From: Thermoanaerobaculia bacterium
Lineage (GTDB): Bacteria > Acidobacteriota > Thermoanaerobaculia > Multivoradales > Multivoraceae
Length of the DNA: 64,000 bases
Direction: 5' to 3'
NCBI GenBank assembly: GCA_963666565.1
Contig: OY762911.1
Span: 64,001-128,000 of the forward strand
Under the pieces are notes generated by a model. It saw only the letters and a program-made list of their open reading frames with translations, searched no databases and was not told the DNA's origin. A program made the position numbers and the translations under genes. The stretch's first letter is position 1; every line of letters begins with the position of its first letter. Below are positions 1 through 7,248 of the stretch, in pieces.

Positions 1-1
1 C

Positions 2-202
2 GGACTGACGCCCGCCGAGAGCCGCGTCGCGGCGGCGCTGGCCGAGGGGAAGACCGTGGCCGAGATCGCCCGTGCCGCGAAGGTCCGGCGCGACACGGTC
101 CACTGGCACCTGAAGCAGTGCTACAGCAGAACGGACTGCCGAACGCAGGCGGAGTTCGTGAGCCTGGTTCTCTCCGTCCTTCGGCTGCCAATCCGGGTCT
201 AG
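2..202 (+). CDS. 3' end of LuxR-family helix-turn-helix transcriptional regulator (partial, starts before window)
   Basis: Frame 2 reads GLTPAESRVAAALAEGKTVAEIARAAKVRRDTVHWHLKQCYSRTDCRTQAEFVSLVL...*, a typical LuxR C-terminal HTH; TAG at 200-202. Confidence 0.9.
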   Translation, partial: GLTPAESRVAAALAEGKTVAEIARAAKVRRDTVHWHLKQCYSRTDCRTQAEFVSLVLSVLRLPIRV

Positions 203-244
203 GCTGCTTGGCGAGACCCCCGTGAGTCCACGGTAACGGGCCGA

Positions 245-323
245 CTCGGAAGATCAGGCACAGATCTTCCGAGCCCTACCGATTTCGGTAGTGACACGCG
301 GCATCTCATACCACTAGCGTGTC
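245..323. promoter_or_regulatory. Three clustered inverted repeats; includes candidate LuxR-type operator CTACCGATTTCGGTAG (276-291)
   Basis: ctcggaagatc/gatcttccgag (245-255/263-273), near-perfect 16-bp palindrome 276-291, gacacgc/gcgtgtc (293-299/317-323). Confidence 0.5.
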
Positions 324-410
324 TTGGTCACCGGCTGATGAGTCGTTGGGGGCGGTTCCGACATCCCCGTTGGCTCCGCATCCCCGCTCACCGAGAAGAG
401 GAGGACGTGT

Positions 411-947
411 GTGAAGGCACTGACGCCACTTGCCGAGACGATGGTCACGGAGCAGGGCAGAGGTCTCGTCGCCCTGGTGCTGTGCCCCATTCTGCTAGCG
501 GGATGCGCCGGCGCCGGGCTGCAGAGCAGCGGGCTCGCGGGGCCATCGTGGCAGCAGCGGGAGGCGCTCCACCTCCAGGAGGGAACCAACCATCCGCGTA
601 GGGCTCAGCCTCCCGAAGAGCGCCGCTGGCAACGGCAAGTCGAGGATGCAGTCGTCAGTAGACCCGTGCTCCTCGCGCCAGCTGCGAGTAACTACTACTA
701 CTGCAGAGTGCAGTACTACTGCACTGACGGCTTCGATGTCACCGAAGGTTGGGGGTCGGCGTGGCAGCCCGCCGCGGACTATCAGCACAACGCGGTCTGC
801 GAAGCTGCCCAGCAACGAGCCGTTGACGCCGGGGAGAGAAACTGCAGCGACGGCAGCGTCACGTTCGGCGGGACAGGGCCGCACGCCCGAGAGCTGCCGC
901 TAGCTGAGGACTGTGACTGCGGCCTGGTAGACGAGCCGCCCCAGTAA
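411..947 (+). CDS. Cys-rich lipoprotein, hypothetical
   Basis: GAGGAGG RBS upstream; hydrophobic stretch ending in lipobox LAGC; 6 Cys in C-terminal half. Confidence 0.7.
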   Translation: MKALTPLAETMVTEQGRGLVALVLCPILLAGCAGAGLQSSGLAGPSWQQREALHLQEGTNHPRRAQPPEERRWQRQVEDAVVSRPVLLAPAASNYYYCRVQYYCTDGFDVTEGWGSAWQPAADYQHNAVCEAAQQRAVDAGERNCSDGSVTFGGTGPHARELPLAEDCDCGLVDEPPQ

Positions 948-1028
948 GTGGAGCCAGCATGAAACTCAGTAGAGGTCTCTTGAAACGGTCCGATCACCTG
1001 CGTTGATCAAAGGACAGGAGAGATAGCC

Positions 1029-2075
1029 ATGCCACCCCGCACACGCGCCGCAGACGCCCTCGCTGCCGACTTCGAGGATGTGCATAAAGAGATAACCGAC
1101 GCACGCACGGATCTGGCTGCGGTTAGTGGCAGGGTGGAGGATGTGAGCGAAAGCGTGGCCGACGTGAGGCTGAATGTCGAGCGCGTCCGCACCGAGAACG
1201 CCGAAGCGCGCGCAGCGCTCGCCCTTGCCCTGGAGCAGGGGCGTTCCGAGACCGCACTTGCCATCGAGCGCTCCCGGTCTGAGACCGCCGTCGCCCTCGA
1301 GCAGGGACGCAGCGAGACTACCTCGATGGAGAACCGGTTGATTCGCTGGATAGTCGGCACAGTTCTCGTCGGTCTCGGCCTTCTCTTCTCGGTGCTGTTC
1401 GGCGTCCTCGCCGCAAACCGCGCCGAGGCACAGGAGCCTCCCCAGGCCTTCACGCCAGACCCCGTCGGATCGTGCGAGGGGAAGGAGCCCGGAGCCTCCT
1501 GCTGGATGGAGATAGAGGATAGCCCGGGCTGCTACATGTGGAATCCGAATCTCGCCACGGGCGAGACAGTGACTTGGTCCGGTGAGTGTTCCGGCGGGCT
1601 GGCGCAAGGTACGGGCTCACAGCAGTGGAGCCACCCGGACAACGAAGGTAACCCGCTCCTGAGCGGCGGCGAAGGAGAGCTTCGGGACGGCAAGGCCCAT
1701 GGCCCGTGGAGCCGGTACTTCAGCGACGGCGGCATGGCCGAGGGCAGCTACGAGCATGGCAGGCCAGCTGGTCCTTGGACCAATGTCCTTCCCGACGGGA
1801 CCATCTTCGAGGGCGAGTGGGTCAATGGCCAACGGCGAGGCAAATGGACGCTCACCTACGGCGATGACGTAGGTGGCGGCTTCTACGCTGCTGGCAAGCA
1901 GCACGGACGGTGGAGACTACTGTTTGCCGCGAGCGACGACGAGACCGTCAGGGTTACGGCGGAAGGGACCTTCGTGGCCGGCAATCGCAACGGACTCTGG
2001 GTCACGCGATTCGACTCGGGCACCGTCCTGGAAAGGACCTACCGGAGTGGCGTCCTGAACGGCCCTTCAACCTCC
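1029..2075 (+). pseudogene. 5' part of membrane-anchored MORN-repeat (YwqK-like) protein, interrupted by IS3
   Basis: N-terminal coiled coil, TM helix, Cys motif (CWMEI...CYMWN...WSGEC), MORN-type repeats (EGELRDGKAHGPW, EGSYEHGRPAGPW, EGEWVNGQRRGKW). Confidence 0.85.
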
Positions 2076-2150
2076 CCCTCTCTGCCAACGTACGTGACAC
2101 AGCGGGCATCCCGTTGAATAGTGGAGGGCACACGTTGGCAAGGAGGATCG

Positions 2151-2636
2151 ATGGCGAGACGAGAGCAGAGACGTTGGGGTGGCCCGGAGCTCCCGGCCCC
2201 GGGGGGTGAGGAGCGGAGCGACGAGGCCCCCGGGGCCGGCGCGTCGCCCGCGGGGGGTGTTCCCGACCCGGAGGTCGTGGCGAAGCCGACCAGACGGCAG
2301 TTCACGGCGGAGTACCGTCTGCGGATTCTGGAGGAGGCGGACCGATGCACGGATCGCGGCGAAGTGGGCCGGCTGCTTCGGCGAGAGGGTCTGTACAGCT
2401 CGCACTTGGCCAACTGGCGCAAGGCGCGGCGCGAGGGCGCGCTTTCCGGTCTGCGGCGGAAGAAGCGGGGCCGCAAGCCGACCGAGGCCAACCCTCTGGC
2501 GCCGAAGGTGAAGCGGCTGGAGGCCAAGGTGAAGCGGCTGGAGAGGGAGCTCGCCGCCGCCCACACGATCCTGGACGTGCAGGGAAAAGTTGCAGGGCTG
2601 CTGGGATTCAGCCTCGAAGACGGGAAGGACTGCTGA
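2151..2636 (+). CDS. IS3-family transposase OrfA (HTH)
   Basis: RRQFTAEYRLRIL...LRREGLYSSHLANWR; AAGGAGG RBS before ATG 2151. Confidence 0.9.
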   Translation: MARREQRRWGGPELPAPGGEERSDEAPGAGASPAGGVPDPEVVAKPTRRQFTAEYRLRILEEADRCTDRGEVGRLLRREGLYSSHLANWRKARREGALSGLRRKKRGRKPTEANPLAPKVKRLEAKVKRLERELAAAHTILDVQGKVAGLLGFSLEDGKDC

Positions 2637-3634
2637 TGGCGGCCCGGTCCCTGGCAAGCAAGGTCGGCGTCGCGCCGGCGTGCCGGGCGCTGGGCGTGTC
2701 GCGATCGACGTTCTACCGTAGGGCGAGGCCCGCTCCCGGGCGCCAGCTGCCCCGACCCGCGCCCGCCCGGGCGCTGAGCGAGATCGAGCGGGAGCGGGTC
2801 CAGGCGACGCTCGCGTCTCCCCGGTTCGTGGATCGCTCGCCGGCGGAGGTGGTGGCGACGCTGCTGGACGAGGGCCGGTACCTGTGCTCGGAACGCACCA
2901 TGTACCGCATCCTGGGCGCGAACGGGGAGGTGAAGGACCGTCGCAACCAGCGGGTCCACCCGCCCTACGCCAAGCCGGAGTTGGTCGCCACCGCGCCCAA
3001 CCAGGTGTGGTCGTGGGACATCACCAGGCTGCTCGGCCCGCGGCCCTGGAGCTACTACTACCTCTACGTCCTGCTCGACCTTTTCAGCCGCTACGCGGTC
3101 GGCTGGATGGTTGCCGACCGCGAGAATGCCGCGCTCGCCCAGAGGCTCATCGAGGAGACCTGCCTCAAGCACGGCGTGAAACCCTCGGTGCTCACCCTGC
3201 ACTCCGACCGGGGCGCGCCCATGACCAGCCAGGGTACCGCCCAACTGCTCGCCCGCCTCGGCGTGAACCGATCCCTGGGCCGACCTCGCGTCAGCGACGA
3301 CAACCCCTTCTCCGAAGCCCAGTTCAAGACCCTGAAGTACCACCCCGGCTTTCCCGACCGCTTCCCCGACCAGGACGCGGCGACCGGCTACTGCAGGTCC
3401 TTCTTCCCCTGGTACAACACCGAGCACCGGCATGCCGGCATCGCCATGCTGACTCCGGAGACCGTCCACTACGGCCGGGCGCAAGCCGCGATCGAACAGC
3501 GCCAGCGAGCGCTGAGCGCCGCCTGGAGACGCCACCCGGAACGATTCGTCGGCGGCGAGCCGATGCACCAACCCCTGCCTCAGGCCGTCTGGATCAACAA
3601 GCCGAGCCCCGAAGCATCGGAGATGGCTCAGTAA
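2636..3634 (+). CDS. IS3-family transposase OrfB (DDE integrase core)
   Basis: PNQVWSWDIT, LHSDRG, DNPFSEAQFKTLK motifs; TGATG overlap with orfA; G GGA AAA slippery site near 2582. Confidence 0.95.
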   Translation: MAARSLASKVGVAPACRALGVSRSTFYRRARPAPGRQLPRPAPARALSEIERERVQATLASPRFVDRSPAEVVATLLDEGRYLCSERTMYRILGANGEVKDRRNQRVHPPYAKPELVATAPNQVWSWDITRLLGPRPWSYYYLYVLLDLFSRYAVGWMVADRENAALAQRLIEETCLKHGVKPSVLTLHSDRGAPMTSQGTAQLLARLGVNRSLGRPRVSDDNPFSEAQFKTLKYHPGFPDRFPDQDAATGYCRSFFPWYNTEHRHAGIAMLTPETVHYGRAQAAIEQRQRALSAAWRRHPERFVGGEPMHQPLPQAVWINKPSPEASEMAQ

Positions 3635-3674
3635 ATCCGAGAAGCCCCTGTGTCAAACTCGTTGACAGGTTCCG

Positions 3675-4298
3675 TCCCGCTACGCCAACGGCAGCGAGAA
3701 CGAAGGCCCCTACGAGAACGGCAGGAAGCACGGACGCTGGATCGAGCGCGACCCGGATGGCGACGTGTCCGAAGGTTCCTACGCCGCGGGGAAACGCGAC
3801 GAACTGTGGGTCACGCGATTCGACTCAGGCGGTGCGTACGAACGGACTTTCCGAGACGGCGTTCTGGACGACTCAAGCATCCACTACACCGGCGGCGATG
3901 ACGATGAAACAGGACAATGTTCCGGAAGCGAACGTCGGCGTACCGCCATCGGGACCTACGTAAAGCCGCCCCCTGGCTATGGATCGCTTCCCGGTGACCC
4001 GCCTGCCGCGTCCCGCGCCTGCCACGAGGCATGGAACGAAGAGACTCTTCGGAATGCCGAGTGCAGAGATGGCAAAGGGAACGCGTTCTTTGTTGGCGCA
4101 GGGGGCCTCTTTCCTCCCTCCCAATGCCATCTGCACATCTACGGTCCGACGGGAACGAAACCGCACCTGTACACAATTGACAACGTCTGTGGTGCAATGG
4201 CATGCGAAACCCGCAAGGTCTGGAACGACATTGACGAGGTGTACGAAGACGAAGCCACATGTAAACTCGAGTGGGCTTGTTTAAGCGGCCATCAGTGA
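3675..4298 (+). pseudogene. 3' part of the IS-interrupted MORN-repeat protein, with Cys-rich C-terminal domain
   Basis: Reads SRYANGSENEGPYENGRKHGRW... in frame with ORF 3765-4298; WVTRFDSG repeat shared with the 5' part; 8 Cys at C-terminus. Confidence 0.85.
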
Positions 4299-4416
4299 GG
4301 ACGGTCGCTGATCATGTGGTGCGGTGATCCGGTCTGCCGCAACGGGACCGACCAAGGACCCGACGGCCGCCGCCCATCCGACTGCTCCAGTCGAGGCACG
4401 AGAAAAGGAAACCAAC

Positions 4417-5487
4417 ATGCTGTCGCGAATCACTCTCCTGGTTGCCATGGGCTTCACCGTCCTTTCGCTCGCTTCGCGTGAACTTTCTGCGCGGTGTGTT
4501 CTCACGTCGCCCGACAACGGGCCGCTCGATGCATCCGAGGAACCGCATGCGTTCTTCTTGGAATCAGAAAGAACATCACGGCTCTATCGGGAGATCATAG
4601 CAGCCGACACGCTGGAGGTATTCAATATCTCCGGCAACGTGCGATTCGCCGGCTCTGTACTCAAGGCTGATCATGTGGTCTTTACCGAGAACAGCGTGCT
4701 TGAGTTGCTGGACACAGACGCACCCTTCTGGGCGATCGTAGCTGACACGCTGACCTTTCGCGGGAACGGAATCCAGATCATCCGAAGCGCGGACTATAGT
4801 ATTGAACAGAGTGAAGCCGGATCCGGAGGAACCAACGGTCTCGCCTACTATGGTCGCAACGGTAACGGAGATGGTAGGGCCGGCGGAAGCGGGGGGAACG
4901 GTTCTCCCGGAGCGCGTGGCAATGCCAAAGAACTGCCATGTCTCTTTGTACTGGCCGGCAGGCTGGAAGTGATCCGTGTCGAGGAACCGGTCGTTCTTCG
5001 GCTCCCCGGCATCGACGGAGGCCGCGGTGGGAATGGAGGCCCAGGAGGAGACGGTGGCCGAGGCGAAGACGGCGCCAATGCGAGCGGCTCTCCTCTTTGC
5101 AGGCGGGAGCCGCGGGACGGCGGAGCCGGCGGTGATGCTGGCGATGGTGGACGAGCGGGAGATGGCGGCGCCGGTGGGCGGGGTGGGGATGTGATCTTTG
5201 TTGGCGACCTCGCAGATGGGCGGGAATTCATGAGCTTCACGATTCTCAACGAGGGCGGGGCAGGAGGTTCGCCTGGGTTGGCGGGAAGCCCTGGTAAGTC
5301 CGGCCAAGGTGGCGATCGGGGCCACCGAAACGGAAGACCTTGTTTCCGTTCGTCGAGCCACGGCGCGGCAGGCGCTTCTGGAAAGGCAGGATCGCAGGGA
5401 CAGGCCGGCGAAACTGGCGTGCGCGGCACCGAGCAGATCGTTGTAATCGAGGATCTTTCGTTCTTGTTTTCGAGAACGTCGCGGTAA
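4417..5487 (+). CDS. Secreted glycine-rich / collagen-like (G-X-X) protein
   Basis: AAGGA RBS, signal-peptide-like N-terminus, three blocks of G-X-X/GGxG repeats separated by short Cys/beta segments. Confidence 0.8.
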   Translation: MLSRITLLVAMGFTVLSLASRELSARCVLTSPDNGPLDASEEPHAFFLESERTSRLYREIIAADTLEVFNISGNVRFAGSVLKADHVVFTENSVLELLDTDAPFWAIVADTLTFRGNGIQIIRSADYSIEQSEAGSGGTNGLAYYGRNGNGDGRAGGSGGNGSPGARGNAKELPCLFVLAGRLEVIRVEEPVVLRLPGIDGGRGGNGGPGGDGGRGEDGANASGSPLCRREPRDGGAGGDAGDGGRAGDGGAGGRGGDVIFVGDLADGREFMSFTILNEGGAGGSPGLAGSPGKSGQGGDRGHRNGRPCFRSSSHGAAGASGKAGSQGQAGETGVRGTEQIVVIEDLSFLFSRTSR

Positions 5488-5497
5488 GGATAGTGCC

Positions 5498-6033
5498 GTG
5501 CATCTCGCGGTTGACCTCCGCGAGGCGGCAAGTTCGAGGCACGTCGACTCGTGGCGTGCCTCTCTATATGGACACACACTCGACGGACCGGCCATCACCG
5601 CCGCGACCCTGGATGAGGCTGGACTCGTACGTGCTACCGCCGACCGGGATGAACCGGTCCGTCCGGTAGCAACCGCGGCCTATCTGTGGCCTTGCGGGAA
5701 GAACGCGACTTGGGTGCGATGTGGTCCCATGGGTGTTCTGGACGCCACACTGTTCGGCCAAGGCGGATTGCATCAGGCGTCGGGTGTCGGAGTCGGATTT
5801 CAGTTGGCGTTAATCTCCACCGAATCAAGGCGCCATGATCGCTCGTTCGGCCTTGGCCTAGCCTACATGCGAGACTCAACCACGAACGCCTCCGAGATGA
5901 CTTCATGGCCGGGGAAATGGCACCAGACGGAGCAACAGAAGTGAAATACGCCGACACGCATTCCGACGCGATTCTGCTAGTCGTCACCTATTCCTTTGGA
6001 TGGAAGCGCTACGAAAGAGAGGCGGAACGATGA
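5498..6033 (+). pseudogene. Hypothetical protein, probably frameshifted near 5880
   Basis: ORF 5498-5944 follows the collagen-like gene; the -1 frame from 5881 reads HERLRDDFMAGEMAPDGATEVKYADTHSDAILLVVTYSFGW...* and looks more protein-like. Confidence 0.4.
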
Positions 6034-6111
6034 GCCGGACCCGCAGATACTCCGGCAGAACGGAGCCATCGTCCGAGGGGCGTACGAGAAGTCGCTCTTC
6101 CGAGTTGGTAG

Positions 6112-6237
6112 TGGATGCAGGTCGTAGCGACCGGAGCGCGAAAGGCGTTGCCAGTCCTTGAGGAAGCTCTGCGTGAAGTCCACGCGCCGGGGTGGGCGCG
6201 TCCGTTTACTGGCGGCCCGCTTCTTCAAGCTCAGCAA
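6112..6237 (-). pseudogene. yafQ: YafQ-family toxin, only N-terminal ~40 aa present
   Basis: KKRAASKR...RRVDFTQSFLKDWQRLSRSGRYD matches YafQ N-termini, then similarity is lost (no DH...ECH region). Confidence 0.7.
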
Positions 6238-6556
6238 ACACCTCGTTCGCGCTGGCGAATCGAGCCGTCCCGCGCCTCATCGTTTCCTCCGACTCGGCCA
6301 TGGCCTTGCGGGTCTCGGCGTTTGGCACCTTGAGTTCGAATGGGAAGGCCTGGTCGAGCTCGTCAAAGAAGGCCTCGAACTCGACTCCGCCCTGCTCGGC
6401 CGCTTCGACGCGGGCCTGCTCGATCAGGTCGTGGTCGGCGTCGTCCATCGCCGCGTCGGCGCGCCTGGACGGCAAGGCCTCGTTCACCGGTTCCGGGACC
6501 TGCTTGCGCTTGCGACGGGCGGCAGCTTCCAGGACCCTGTCCAAGCGGTCGTCCAC
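6206..6556 (-). CDS. Chimeric antitoxin: unrelated acidic N-terminus fused to RelB/DinJ C-terminus
   Basis: C-terminal FPFELKVPNAETRKAMAESEE...RFASANEVFAEL is DinJ-like; overlaps yafQ start. Confidence 0.6.
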   Translation of the reverse strand: MDDRLDRVLEAAARRKRKQVPEPVNEALPSRRADAAMDDADHDLIEQARVEAAEQGGVEFEAFFDELDQAFPFELKVPNAETRKAMAESEETMRRGTARFASANEVFAELEEAGRQ

Positions 6557-6564
6557 GACCGCCG

Positions 6565-7173
6565 TCACGAGAACACACGCGGCTCGAAGCCCGCCGCGTT
6601 CACGATCGTGGCGCTGTTGCCGGTGGCCCGGATGACGAACAATCCCTGGCGCTCGGCGTAGGTCACGACGTCCGGGTCGCTTCGCAGGAAGGCGACCGCT
6701 CCGTAGATCGTGTGTCCCCTGTACTCCGGACACCAGTCCAGGAAACGGGCGAGCTTGCCCAGAAAGCGGGTCACGCCTTCCGAGCGGAGCGTCGTCTTGA
6801 CCTCGACGACCACGACCTCCTCGCCGTTCACGGCCAGGATGTCGACCTCGAAGTGCTCGCCGTTTCGTGTCCTGACGGTTCTCTCCGTGGTCCCTTCCAC
6901 CGCGATGCCGCGTTCCTTCAGGAGGGGCACGAGGTCGCCTTCCACCAGGCTCTCCATCAGCCTGCCCCACTGCGTCGTGAACAGATCCTCGGCCTTCTTC
7001 AACCGCCGGTCGGTTTCCCGCATCTGCCGGTCGGTCTTCTGCATCTGGCGGTCCGTCTCCGCCTGGGAGGCGCGCAGCTCGGCGATCTGCCGAGACGTTA
7101 GCTCCAGCGTGGCCCAGACCTGCTCCGGAAGCGAGGCGGGGGCTTCTCCTTGTCCATGTACTCCGTTTGTCAT
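6565..7173 (-). CDS. Coiled-coil + PD-(D/E)XK nuclease-fold protein (DUF3782-like)
   Basis: ETDRQM heptad repeats, WGRLMESLV, EVDILAVNG...VVEVKTTL motif; GGAGAAAGGA RBS. Confidence 0.85.
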   Translation of the reverse strand: MTNGVHGQGEAPASLPEQVWATLELTSRQIAELRASQAETDRQMQKTDRQMRETDRRLKKAEDLFTTQWGRLMESLVEGDLVPLLKERGIAVEGTTERTVRTRNGEHFEVDILAVNGEEVVVVEVKTTLRSEGVTRFLGKLARFLDWCPEYRGHTIYGAVAFLRSDPDVVTYAERQGLFVIRATGNSATIVNAAGFEPRVFS

Positions 7174-7248
7174 GACCGTCCTTTCTCCCCTCCGGTCACG
7201 CCGAAAGCTATCAGCGGGGCCGCCCTCTTCGGGCTGGCATCCAAGCCC

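Larger units (their letters stand above)
2076..3674 (+). mobile_element. IS3-family insertion sequence (~1.6 kb) with TCC(C) target duplication
   Basis: orfA+orfB transposase; imperfect IRs starting TG at 2083 and ending CA at 3667; direct repeat TCC at 2073-2075 and 3675-3677; removing it restores the host reading frame. Confidence 0.9.

Noticed and set aside
335-370. Hammerhead ribozyme (CUGAUGA followed by a gtcg/cgac stem)
   Set aside because: The required GAAA after stem II is missing (reads ATCC)
2083-3667. Canonical TG...CA boundaries as the IS ends
   Set aside because: No flanking direct repeat and excision does not restore the host frame; kept only as the alternative hypothesis
1996-3830. 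DGR template/variable repeat pair
   Set aside because: Short, both copies coding within one repeat protein, and no reverse transcriptase in the window
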